64,000 nt of DNA from Pirellulaceae bacterium (GTDB lineage Bacteria; Planctomycetota; Planctomycetia; Pirellulales; Pirellulaceae). The notes beneath the pieces are model-generated. The model did no database searches. It was given only the letters and a program-made list of their open reading frames with translations, and was not told where the DNA came from. The DNA lies in contig JAHBXT010000005.1 in NCBI GenBank assembly GCA_019636385.1, positions 215,925 through 279,924 on the forward strand. Reading direction: 5' to 3'. A program made the translations under genes and the position numbers. Position 1 is the stretch's first letter. The number at the start of each line of letters is the position of its first letter. This document shows positions 1-9,401 of this stretch, piece after piece.

Positions 1-2
1 TG

Positions 3-596
3 ACTAGCGAGCGCGAGCGGCAAACGCTGGAACTGTTGCTGACCACTCAACTTCGACCGGGGCAGATTATCTGGGGTAAGCTGTTGGCAGGCTTTCGCGT
101 GTCCTATGTGCTGACTCTGTTTTTGCTGTGGCCCATCGTACTGGCTTTGGTGCTGAACATGGCCGTCTTCGGCAGCAACTGGCTGTCAATTCTAGCCTTG
201 TTTGCCATCGTAACCTTAGCGGCCGCATTCAATTCAGTCAGCGCCCTAGTGTGTTCTGCCCTCAGCCGAAAGACATCGGTGGCGATGCTGACGAGCTACT
301 CCGTACTGTTGGCGGTCTATTTCTTGCCAGTGGCTGTTTGGTATTTGAGCGAGACGGTCGGCCAGTGGCAGGGGTTGACTGGCCTGAACCGGATCGGAGT
401 CGCTAGTCCGTTGATGACCTGTTTCTGGGTCCCCCTGGATTCTAACGTTATACCTGGTGCCGAAGGTGCATCAGGCAACGGCGGTGATTGGCTGGTGGTC
501 TTGTCGTACTTGGCAGTCACTGGAACCTTGATTGCCACCGCCTGGGGTATTCTGATCGCCGTCCTGGGCAACCGCTGGGGAATGACAGGGCGATAG
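3..596 (+). CDS. ABC-2 type transporter permease, C-terminal part (5' end outside window)
   Basis: Frame open from base 3: SERERQTLELLLTTQLRPGQIIWGKL, the typical ABC-2 permease motif, followed by several hydrophobic helices. Confidence 0.8.
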   Translation, partial: TSERERQTLELLLTTQLRPGQIIWGKLLAGFRVSYVLTLFLLWPIVLALVLNMAVFGSNWLSILALFAIVTLAAAFNSVSALVCSALSRKTSVAMLTSYSVLLAVYFLPVAVWYLSETVGQWQGLTGLNRIGVASPLMTCFWVPLDSNVIPGAEGASGNGGDWLVVLSYLAVTGTLIATAWGILIAVLGNRWGMTGR

Positions 597-904
597 GGGG
601 CTGATTGATTCAAAATGGAATACTGATCATGGACATATTGATAATCGGCTGCTGGGTACCGACCACGCCGCAGGGTTTTCGAGTACTGAGTACAGAGTAG
701 TCTGTTGGCCCCAATCAGACTCTCGAGTTCCACATCACTCCTTCCCCATTATCAGTTTTCATTTATCCCTTCTCAATCCTTCCCTCTTGCTAGCAAAGAC
801 TACAACAGATTGGCGGACTTTGCGGCGCAGATTCAATCTGTTCAAGTTCTTTTGCCGATATTAAAGCAAGGGCGGATTGCCGCCGATGAACGGAAAGGAT
901 GCCG

Positions 905-1420
905 ATGAGCTATGCACTTCGATCAACACTCGCGCTGGGATCCCTATTGTTGGTGACCCAAAGCGGCTGCCTAACGCTAACCGGACTGTTGGGGGCCAAG
1001 AAGGAATCTTTGTACGATACCAGCCTGCTGAAAGCGCAAGGCTTTTCAGTGCCTCCCGGCGGCATGCCCAGCCCGCTGCCCGATTCACTGACGGTAGATG
1101 CCAACAGTATCGTAGTTGAAGTCCGCAATCCAGAACCGCACCTGACGGCCATTACACTACCGTCGGATCGTGCGGTGACTGTAGAAGACCTCGCCCAGCG
1201 AATGAGGTGGTCCGATCAATTGGGCGCTTGCAACGTGTACATCATGCGCCCCAATGGCGCTCAGCCACCAGTGCGGCTTGATTTGCAGCTGAGCTCTAAA
1301 GGTCAGTCGTCCAGTCCAGTAACCAACTACGCCCTGCATGCTCGCGACCACATCATCGTGGTGGGCGGCGGCAGTAGCACGCTGGAAAGATTCCTGGATA
1401 GGCAGCTTGGCGTACAGTAA
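905..1420 (+). CDS. Small putative lipoprotein with SLBB-like (Wza-type) C-terminal domain
   Basis: Lipobox-like LLLVTQSGC; C-terminal VYIMRP..VRLDL..TNYALHARDHIIV resembles SLBB repeats. Confidence 0.55.
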   Translation: MSYALRSTLALGSLLLVTQSGCLTLTGLLGAKKESLYDTSLLKAQGFSVPPGGMPSPLPDSLTVDANSIVVEVRNPEPHLTAITLPSDRAVTVEDLAQRMRWSDQLGACNVYIMRPNGAQPPVRLDLQLSSKGQSSSPVTNYALHARDHIIVVGGGSSTLERFLDRQLGVQ

Positions 1421-1511
1421 TTGCCAATTGACATTAGAGCGTTCCGAGCGCCCAGGTTTTCAATCGTTACCCGCAGCGGCTGTTTTGAAGGTGCGATTTT
1501 TTGCCTGGGAA

Positions 1512-1607
1512 TCGTACTTGACTCAATGAAATGGTACTCATGATCGTACTCGAAATGCACTGTTCGAGTAGAAATACGAGTACCGCCAGGGGCTGAGTAC
1601 GAGTACG
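1512..1607. repeat. Imperfect ~96-bp palindrome built from GTACTC/GAGTAC units (REP-like)
   Basis: TCGTACTTGACTCA..GGTACTC..TACTCGAA pairs with TTCGAGTA..GAGTACC..TGAGTACGAGTACGA; lies between convergent genes. Confidence 0.65.
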
Positions 1608-1854
1608 AACCACCAGTTCATGGGGCGTTTCCGGGCGATTAAACATGAACTGCGCAACCTCAAAAGCGTCAGCGCGAGGTATGGCATACTTTTAATCGCC
1701 TGCTATTCTTCGCAACTTGTTCCTCGCTCACGCAGCGGCCTGCAGAAACACCCTGCCCTTCCCCATCTTTAACCAAAACACCACAGGCCAGTTACCTGGC
1801 CTGCGGTGCTCAGTTGCCATACTAGTGAGTTGACCGTCAACTCCGCGAAAAAAG

Positions 1855-2436
1855 CTAGATGGCCTGAACGCTCTCGATCTCTGCGGCCAAACGCTTGCGC
1901 GCGATGTGCAATCGCCGCTTGATCGTTCCGATTGGAGCTTCAAAATAGGCCGCCATTTCAATCAACGACTGGCCGCCCATGTAAAATGCTTCTAATGTCT
2001 GACGGTCGGTCTCCCCTAGCCGTTCCAGGCTGCTGTGTACCTGCTGACAGCGTTCGTTACGCAGCAGAATATCCAGAGGATTGCGCGCCCCCAAGTCTTC
2101 GTGTTCCATCGCATCAACATCTGCACATCCAACCGCGCTGCGGCGAGTCAGCCGATTGATGGCCATGCGCCGCACGATTTGACGCAGCCAGCCGCCGAAG
2201 GCTTCAGGCATCCGCAACTGCTCGATTCGCTGGAACGCCTGGATGAAGACATCCTGGACCAACTCTTCGGCCTCGTCCCAATTCCCCAGCTTGCGAAAGG
2301 CCAACGCCAGCGTCGACTGGTAGTATCGCTCGTACAACTGGCACTGGGCCTGACGATCGCCCCGCTTGGCATCCAGGACTAAGTCCACCAGCGACTGGCA
2401 AGTAATAGACTCTTCTGCTTCTACGATCATGATCAC
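1855..2436 (-). CDS. ECF-type sigma-70 RNA polymerase sigma factor
   Basis: Region 2 (AEELVQDVFIQAF..FGGWLRQIVRRMAIN) and region 4 (SLIEMAAYFEAPIGTIKRRLHIARKRL). Confidence 0.93.
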   Translation of the reverse strand: MIMIVEAEESITCQSLVDLVLDAKRGDRQAQCQLYERYYQSTLALAFRKLGNWDEAEELVQDVFIQAFQRIEQLRMPEAFGGWLRQIVRRMAINRLTRRSAVGCADVDAMEHEDLGARNPLDILLRNERCQQVHSSLERLGETDRQTLEAFYMGGQSLIEMAAYFEAPIGTIKRRLHIARKRLAAEIESVQAI

Positions 2437-2726
2437 TGACTCTCTCTCATTTTCCGGCCAGTGTCGGTGTGGGTGACCGAATCACACGAGGCCGGTGTAG
2501 ACTGGCTTTGATGGTTGGTCGCATCCCGATTCAGCGATCGTCAGCTACAAACTGAGGTAGCGGAGCGCTGATTAGGGTTTGCGTGGATGAGAGGCTTGGC
2601 AATTGTTGCCCTGGGGACGCGTCGAGCGAACCTCAGCGGGCAATCTTTAACGAGCTTCTCACACCTGTCTGCAAGCTTGAAGTTCTTGGTCCAAGCCGCA
2701 TTTTCCTTGTCAGACCTGTCGGGAGT

Positions 2727-3047
2727 TTATCCCAAACGTCGTCTGACCTCATCCAATCTGGCGGCCTGAACCGCCACGGCCACCGGGCATACAGACACGG
2801 CCACCACAGCGCTTGTTGGCCATATCAATCCGGCATGAAAGCCCGATTGATGCCCAAAATGCTGACTGCGCCCATAGGCTGTCGAGCATTTATAGGCTGG
2901 CCGGCGCGTTGATCGCCGAAACCCAGCAAGTTCACGCATCGCGGTGAGCTGGAGGATATGACGCAGCACGCTCGTAGCATTCACCAGGCAGCCGGCAATG
3001 CGACTGAATGTGGATGTGATTGAGCTGTTAATATTTGTGCTACGCAT
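2727..3047 (-). CDS. Small hypothetical protein (106 aa) upstream of the ECF sigma
   Basis: GGAGG 6 nt before ATG at 3047; open frame to 2727; no recognisable domain. Confidence 0.45.
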   Translation of the reverse strand: MRSTNINSSITSTFSRIAGCLVNATSVLRHILQLTAMRELAGFRRSTRRPAYKCSTAYGRSQHFGHQSGFHAGLIWPTSAVVAVSVCPVAVAVQAARLDEVRRRLG

Positions 3048-3304
3048 GATATTCCTCCGCCACGCCATCCTGGGACGTGAACTGAGAGAGACAAAATTAA
3101 ACACGGGCCGATACACACATGGCATCGGTAACAGGCCGTAAAGCCCCCGCCCTTGGGTTGCCCTCCCCGCAGGGAAGGCAGTAAAGAGCTTAACTCAGGA
3201 CCACCGTTTTCACAAACGGAAAACGGCTAGGAGTGAAAAATCCGCCAATTTCATCCCCACGGGACAACACCGGCGGCGCTACCACCCGCCCAAGTTCTAG
3301 TAGG

Positions 3305-3332
3305 TAAGACGGCACTCAAGCAGCCAGGTTCA
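3305..3332 (-). promoter_or_regulatory. Candidate ECF-type promoter
   Basis: Minus strand reads TGAACC-N16-GTCTTA, matching the general ECF -35 AAC / -10 (C)GTC layout. Confidence 0.4.
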
Positions 3333-3375
3333 CATGAATTCTGGAGATTTTTCGGAAATCTCCCAAAATCCTGCC

Positions 3376-4053
3376 CTATTCGGTTGGAGATCCCTCTGGC
3401 GTATGGGTATCCAGCAACTGCTCAAGTTGCTGCGGGGTGTTGAACGCAAAATGGCTTGGAGGGGTGGCGGTGGATCGTGAATGAATTGAAACACTAGCAT
3501 CGGCAGCGAGCGATTTCAATGCGCGGTCGCCGGCTTGCCAACGCTGTCGAAGTTGCGACAACAACCGCGTGTGATACAGTCCAGGAATCATGGTGATGGG
3601 ATCGCTCGACCGTGGGCCGTCTAATTGCCAAATGACGATCTGATAGGGAACAGTAGGTTCCTCAGAGGTATGCGAGGGATTCCAGAGGTCTTGAATGGGC
3701 AGTAGCCACGCGGCGCGCCATAAGAATTGATCACAGGCCAGCAGTAGAATCCATCCTGGTCCATATCGCTGAAGGCGATGGTCCAGCGCGGTGACGAGCC
3801 CTCCCAGCGGGCCAGTACCGGGGTCGAGGTCTACCAGCGACTGGATGCCTAAATCGTGATAGCGGTCGCTCCTATCGGCAATGATCCAACAGTCGTGGCC
3901 CTGGCTGCGTAATTGATCGCGCAATCGCAGCAACTGCGGCTGTCCAGCAACGATGGCTCGGGCCTTGTCATCGGGGAATCTGCGACTGCGGCCTCCGGCC
4001 AAAATATACGCAGGTGGTAGGTCGCCTGACGACTTTTCAACTGAGGGGACCAT
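3376..4053 (-). CDS. mobA: Molybdenum cofactor guanylyltransferase
   Basis: YILAGGRSRRF..DKA, GPLGGLVTAL, LLLACD motifs. Confidence 0.88.
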   Translation of the reverse strand: MVPSVEKSSGDLPPAYILAGGRSRRFPDDKARAIVAGQPQLLRLRDQLRSQGHDCWIIADRSDRYHDLGIQSLVDLDPGTGPLGGLVTALDHRLQRYGPGWILLLACDQFLWRAAWLLPIQDLWNPSHTSEEPTVPYQIVIWQLDGPRSSDPITMIPGLYHTRLLSQLRQRWQAGDRALKSLAADASVSIHSRSTATPPSHFAFNTPQQLEQLLDTHTPEGSPTE

Positions 4054-4109
4054 CGTGGGGCGCTACTTATAGAACTGTAGCCACCGTCGCTAGACGGTGG
4101 AGCGAGAAA

Positions 4110-4532
4110 TTATTTCCGATCGTCGGCAGGATTTCCATGGCTTCGACCAATTCCCAACCATACGATGCACAGCCAGCCGATCATCAAGCACAATCCACCG
4201 CTCGGTACGATGGCCCAATGGCCAAGCACACCCAGCAAAGAGATGCTGTACAGTCCACCACAGAACAGCGCAATTCCCAACATCCACAAGACCGCTGCCA
4301 GTTGCGCAGGCCGACGGCGACTGACTGCCGATAGTCCCAGCGCCAACAACGCGACGCTATGCACCATTTGATACCGTACGCCTACCTCGCATTGCTGCAC
4401 TCGCTTGACGATTGCATCCGGCTCGAGCGCCTGTCGCTGAAGGTTCTCAGGCAAACCGTGGGCTGCGTAGGCTCCGAGCATGACCGACAATCCACCGACG
4501 ATTCCCGCCGCAATGATGATAACTCTGGACAT
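4110..4532 (-). CDS. DUF423 family membrane protein
   Basis: LGAYAAHGL, GVRYQMVHSVALL, GIALFCGGLY, PSGGLCLMIGW. Confidence 0.85.
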   Translation of the reverse strand: MSRVIIIAAGIVGGLSVMLGAYAAHGLPENLQRQALEPDAIVKRVQQCEVGVRYQMVHSVALLALGLSAVSRRRPAQLAAVLWMLGIALFCGGLYSISLLGVLGHWAIVPSGGLCLMIGWLCIVWLGIGRSHGNPADDRK

Positions 4533-4552
4533 AAGTTGCTCGCCGAAATCGA

Positions 4553-6121
4553 TCACAGGCCGTACAGAGGAAACAATTTAGATCGCAGATAGTCAATCAG
4601 AGGCTGATGACTGAGTGGTTGGCCCGTCGTCATGTGAATCAATTCGGCGGGTACGTAACAAGCGCCCAGAGCATGAATCTTTGATCTAAGCCACTCCAGC
4701 AGAGGTTCAAAATCGCCCTGCCCTATCCGTTGCTCCAGGTCTCCCACATCGCGTTGGGCGGCCTGCATCAATTGAGCTGCATACAGATTGCCCAGTGTGT
4801 AGGTAGGGAAATATCCGATCAGGCCGGCGCTCCAGTGTACATCCTGCAAGATGCCATCACGCGGCGAAGGTGGATTGATGCCCAGGTAGTGCTGGTAGCG
4901 CTGATTCCAAGCCTCTGGAGCATCGTCGACGGTCAGTTGACCACCAATAAGCTGTTGTTCCAGCTCGAAGCGAATCAGGATGTGCAGGTTGTAGGTGACT
5001 TCATCCGCTTCGACACGAATCAACGACGGCCAGACCAGATTCACATCGCCATAAATGTCATCAGCGCTCAGGCCATCCCAGGCTCCACCGACCATTTTTG
5101 AAAGCGGCGGAAAGGCCCATCGCCAAAACGCCTGACTGCGCCCAACGAAATTCTCCCACAAGCGCGACTGCGATTCATGCACGCCCAAGCTGACATACTT
5201 GCCGGCTGGCAGGCCGTACCAATCGGTAAGCAGTCCCTGTTCATACAGACCGTGGCCGGCCTCGTGCAGTGTGCCGTAGAATCCGCAGGGGAAATACTCT
5301 GGCTGGTACCGCGTCAGTATTCTGCAATCGTGAGGTCCCAGCGTGGTGCAAAACGGATGGCTGGTCTCATCCAATCTACCGCGCTGAAAGCTGTAGCCAA
5401 TCTGCTCGGATATCCAACGACTAGTTTTTCGTTGACATGCGACGTCAATCGGACGCTGCCATGTTCGTCCAGCAGGGCGTCGAGGGGCACCGCCCAGCAC
5501 CTGCACAAGTTCTGCCAGTGCATCCCGCAGGGCTGCGAAAACGGCCTGCAAGTTAGTGACAGATTCTTCCAAATTGGATGGCGCACCGTCTACCGTAGGC
5601 TCACTGACTTCGCCCGTGCGAGCCCCCATTTCGTATTGATCTAGCAGCGAGTCGTACAGCGAGCCGCCGTCGTGCAGCAGTTGGGCCTGCTGTCGCTTGA
5701 GCTGCACGATCTGCTGCAGGTGAGGACGAAACAGCGACCAGTCATCTTGATGACGCGCCGTTTCCCAAGCTTGTTGTCCCAGCACGGTAGCGCGAGCCAG
5801 TGCCTGAACCAAGTCGGTTGGCAAGCGAGCATTCTTGTGATATTCGCGATACAGGAGCCGCAGAGAACTTGCTTGCTGAAGAGTTAAGTCAAGCGAATCA
5901 GCCTTCGCGTTCAATTTTTGCAGACGCTCGGCGTACTCAGGAGCCACCTGGCGCTGATGGATCATACCGCTGAGCTGCGTGATCTGCTCGGCGCGGTACG
6001 CTCCGGCCTGAGTGGGTAAGCCTGTTCGGTCATCCCATTCCAGCAGTGCTTGCGTCGCCTCCAGCATTGCTGTTTGGCGAGCATCCTGAAAAAGTGCCTC
6101 CAGTTCCGTCAGCGCATCCAT
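4553..6121 (-). CDS. Carboxypeptidase M32 (Taq-type)
   Basis: HEAGH zinc motif, HESQSRLWEN, IRVEADEVTYNLH, QDVHW. Confidence 0.95.
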   Translation of the reverse strand: MDALTELEALFQDARQTAMLEATQALLEWDDRTGLPTQAGAYRAEQITQLSGMIHQRQVAPEYAERLQKLNAKADSLDLTLQQASSLRLLYREYHKNARLPTDLVQALARATVLGQQAWETARHQDDWSLFRPHLQQIVQLKRQQAQLLHDGGSLYDSLLDQYEMGARTGEVSEPTVDGAPSNLEESVTNLQAVFAALRDALAELVQVLGGAPRRPAGRTWQRPIDVACQRKTSRWISEQIGYSFQRGRLDETSHPFCTTLGPHDCRILTRYQPEYFPCGFYGTLHEAGHGLYEQGLLTDWYGLPAGKYVSLGVHESQSRLWENFVGRSQAFWRWAFPPLSKMVGGAWDGLSADDIYGDVNLVWPSLIRVEADEVTYNLHILIRFELEQQLIGGQLTVDDAPEAWNQRYQHYLGINPPSPRDGILQDVHWSAGLIGYFPTYTLGNLYAAQLMQAAQRDVGDLEQRIGQGDFEPLLEWLRSKIHALGACYVPAELIHMTTGQPLSHQPLIDYLRSKLFPLYGL

Positions 6122-6421
6122 TGGCTAGTGATCCTTCCTGTGTTGAACTGCAGCTAGAATTGTTACTGACCGTTTAAGCCGAATGCTTTACTCGCAGATG
6201 GTGGACCGGTGCGAGGCCAATGCTACCGGAGTTGAATGACCTTTCTCGCGTTTACTACGTAGGAGCAATTATCGAGCAGCTTGCGCTGGCCCGGCAGGTC
6301 TCACTCTACGAATTGCTTCATGGTCATTCTCGTATAACCGGCGTGCGCACCGGGCCGCGCGAACTGCGAATTGCCATTGTCCGCGCGAATGTCCTAGCAA
6401 TCGCGAGGCGTTGTCACGCGG

Positions 6422-7825
6422 TTAGGCGCTGGCATACTCGCGGTTCGTGACGATGCCGGGCATGGGGACGGGGTACTTGCCATCGGCACTGGCGGGCAGC
6501 GGCGAAGGGCTGGTCGGAGTCAGCTGGTCGATCCCCGGAGCGAATTCGTGGTCATGCTCCATGAACTCTTCGAGGGTAATCCGTTGGCCGGTATGGCAAG
6601 CCATGCGCCCCATGCTGGTCACCAGACTGGCCATTACGCCGCGCGGTACTTCGTTGTAGGGAGTGTTATTGCGAATAGCCGCGATCAAGTTGTTCCACTC
6701 CAGTTGATACGGGTTGGGCTCGCCACGATCGAACCGCCAGGCGATTTCAGAGCGGTTGAAGCGCTGGCCGTTGTAAATTCGGCAATGAGCCGGTGAATGC
6801 CCGCGAGCAGAAATCGTGGCACAGCGTTTTGATCCATGCACAAAGCTGGCAAACTCATTGTGGCAGCCCGGAATGGTACGACCGTTTAGAAACAGCTTGG
6901 TACCATCTTCAAAGGTATACTCAACCGAGTAAGTATCAAAATTTTGGTCAATGTCTTCGCCGCGATAATGTCGGCCTCCAGAACCGATGGCTTCTACCGG
7001 CCAGGCATCTTTGATCCAGCAACACTCGTCGATATTATGGATCAGAAAGTCGCTGAACGCTCCACCGCTGAGCCACAGGAAGGAATGGAAACGCTGGATC
7101 TGGTAATCCAGTTCACTGATGCCTTCTGGCTTCGGGCCGGTAGCAGCTGAGCCGGTTGGGCCTGCCATGCGATAGGCGCGCAGCATCAACACATCGCCGA
7201 TTTCGCCATCGCGAATGCGCTTGACCAGTTCGTGGCGCGCTTCACAGTGGCGGCACATCAAACCCACAGCGGCTTTGATGTTTTTGGCGTCAGCCAGTTT
7301 CGACAACTCCAACATGCGTTTACTGGTAGGCGCATCGACCGTAACTGGCTTTTCCATAAACACATTGAGTCCACGCTCGATGGCATAGCGGAATTGAACC
7401 CAGCGAAAGGCCGGCGGCGTTGTCAGAATCACCACGTCGCCTGGACGCAAACAATCCATAGCCAGCTTGTACGCGTCGAAACCAATAAATCGGCGATCTT
7501 CCGGCACATCAACTTTGTCACCAAGCTGGCCTGACAAGCCTTGGAAACTGGATTGCAGCCGATTGTCGAATACATCAGCCATGGCAACCAGCTTCATCGG
7601 TTCGTTGGGCACCGATAGAGCGTTGGTCGCAGCTCCCGATCCGCGACCACCGCAACCGACGAGCGCCACTTGGATCGTTTCATCGTCGGCAGCGTGAACG
7701 GTTCGCATGGCTCCTGCTACTAGCGCCGTGGCGGCAGTGGCGGTGGCCGAATCTCGCAGGAATCCGCGTCGATTGGATGGCTCTTGAATTGAGGATGCTT
7801 GTTCAGATTGAATATGCGTAGTCAT
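6422..7825 (-). CDS. Tat-exported Gfo/Idh/MocA family oxidoreductase
   Basis: Tat motif SNRRGFLRD; Rossmann ALVGCGGRGSG; FMEKP; SD GGAG before ATG 7825. Confidence 0.92.
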   Translation of the reverse strand: MTTHIQSEQASSIQEPSNRRGFLRDSATATAATALVAGAMRTVHAADDETIQVALVGCGGRGSGAATNALSVPNEPMKLVAMADVFDNRLQSSFQGLSGQLGDKVDVPEDRRFIGFDAYKLAMDCLRPGDVVILTTPPAFRWVQFRYAIERGLNVFMEKPVTVDAPTSKRMLELSKLADAKNIKAAVGLMCRHCEARHELVKRIRDGEIGDVLMLRAYRMAGPTGSAATGPKPEGISELDYQIQRFHSFLWLSGGAFSDFLIHNIDECCWIKDAWPVEAIGSGGRHYRGEDIDQNFDTYSVEYTFEDGTKLFLNGRTIPGCHNEFASFVHGSKRCATISARGHSPAHCRIYNGQRFNRSEIAWRFDRGEPNPYQLEWNNLIAAIRNNTPYNEVPRGVMASLVTSMGRMACHTGQRITLEEFMEHDHEFAPGIDQLTPTSPSPLPASADGKYPVPMPGIVTNREYASA

Positions 7826-8010
7826 GTCGAATGCTCCTGTGAATCGAATTGTTAATGGATTGTCTGGCGAGTCATTGCAATGGGTGGGCCGTCGCAAGCC
7901 GACCAATCACTTTCAACGTTCTTTGCTGCTTTTCATAAGCAATGGGCCTACTATCACACTTGCGTCGGCCTGCTGGTCCTACCCTACATGTCTGCAAGCG
8001 CCCCCGTGAA

Positions 8011-9192
8011 TCACTTACTCAAGTCCTTGGTGTCGATGTTTGCTTTGGGGCCGGTACGCTCGACCTGGACCGGTTCGGATTTTTCCCATTTGTCATCTTT
8101 CTCTTGTTGGCTGGGCTCGACTAGTGGTCGGACGACTCGAAAGCCCACATGCAGAGCATCGGTCAGATACCAAATGCTCTTGGGAATTTGTGGGTCTTGA
8201 CGTTTCCAATCTTCGGTTGAACCCTGGCGGGCGGCACTACGGCAGTCCTCGGCAAACTGATTCCACCCGCCACCACGCACCACACGTGGGTCCAGGGTCT
8301 TGGGAACTGCCAGTGGATCAAGGGGTTGATCGGTGACCAACGTGTAACCGGCTTCATCATACTGGTCCAAGACCCATTCAGCCACGTTGCCGTGCATGTC
8401 ATGCAAGCCCCACGCGTTAGGCTTCTTCCTGCCGACCTTCTCGTAGCCTTCTTCAGTGTTATTAAACGTCCAAGCATAATCATCCAAGTCATCTGGATCG
8501 TCGCCAAAGGAATAGGCAGTCGTCGTACCGGCGCGGCACGCGTATTCCCATTCGGCTTCGGTTGGCAGACGGTAGTAGCGACCGGTCTTTTCAGTCAGCC
8601 ACTTGCAGAAGACGCGGCAGGAATGTTGCGTCATACAGATGGCCGGATAGCCACGCGTTCCCATACCGAACGACATATCGGTGTAGGGCTTGGTGGGTTG
8701 TGAGAGTTGGTATTTTTCGGCCAATGCGTCGCGCGGCGTCGGCTTGAGGTTCAGAGCTTTCATGCGAAAGATATCCGTGTCCGCCGCCCAGACGTCGTAC
8801 ACGTCCCAAGAGATTTCCATGGCGGACATCCAAAAGGCCGAGACGGTCACTTCTCGCTGTGGTCCTTCGTCGTCGCGCCGTCCCGGTTCGTCATCAGGGC
8901 TGCCCATCAGAAATGTGCCACTGGGAATGGGCACGAAGCGAAATTTGACGTCTGCATGTTCCAAGAATTCGTCGTAAGGCTTCATCTCTGATTCACTGGT
9001 CGCGTCGGCATCGGGAACGGCGATCGGAGGAATTGGCTGCCGGGCATCGCTGGCTGCGCTGTCCGACGATGCGGAATCTTGGGAAAGTGCCGGTTGGCCC
9101 ATTAGGCAGGTCATCAGAACCATCAACCATAGCGCCAACTTGGTTGCCAACAGGTGCAGTTGATCGGTCGGGAGCCAGTAAATGTTTCTCAT
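8011..9192 (-). CDS. FGE-sulfatase (SUMF1/EgtB/PvdO) domain protein, probably exported
   Basis: FLMGSP, YRLPTEAEWEYACRAG, PNAWGLHDMHGNVAEW, RGGGW, GFRVVR; start codon uncertain. Confidence 0.9.
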   Translation of the reverse strand: MRNIYWLPTDQLHLLATKLALWLMVLMTCLMGQPALSQDSASSDSAASDARQPIPPIAVPDADATSESEMKPYDEFLEHADVKFRFVPIPSGTFLMGSPDDEPGRRDDEGPQREVTVSAFWMSAMEISWDVYDVWAADTDIFRMKALNLKPTPRDALAEKYQLSQPTKPYTDMSFGMGTRGYPAICMTQHSCRVFCKWLTEKTGRYYRLPTEAEWEYACRAGTTTAYSFGDDPDDLDDYAWTFNNTEEGYEKVGRKKPNAWGLHDMHGNVAEWVLDQYDEAGYTLVTDQPLDPLAVPKTLDPRVVRGGGWNQFAEDCRSAARQGSTEDWKRQDPQIPKSIWYLTDALHVGFRVVRPLVEPSQQEKDDKWEKSEPVQVERTGPKANIDTKDLSK

Positions 9193-9401
9193 TCCAGTAG
9201 TCAAAAACAAAGTCATTGTCCGGCAGATTACATCGAGGTGGGATGGACTGGGACAAGTAGCGGGTAATTGGATGTTGCTCAAGGTGCAACACAGTGTGTG
9301 GCGGGGGGCGGGCAGGACTGAAAATCCGATTTCGACTAGAATACTGGCTGGTCGCGGTTGGAGAATTCTTGGGTCGCGAGCACTCTAGTCGGGCGGGACT
9401 C

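Noticed and set aside
804-1652. Two 9-bp inverted repeats with identical 21-nt spacers (804-842 and 1614-1652) flanking the 905-1420 gene
   Set aside because: The arm sequences are unrelated to each other, and several 9-bp inverted repeats are expected by chance in 64 kb.
2550-2640. GGTAGCGG and GGGACGC words resembling a c-di-GMP-I riboswitch
   Set aside because: The elements are in the wrong order, lie on the non-coding strand, and lack the GAAA tetraloop/receptor layout.
6220-6450. 76-aa plus-strand ORF between the M32 and oxidoreductase genes
   Set aside because: It overlaps the oxidoreductase stop and has no SD or recognisable motif.
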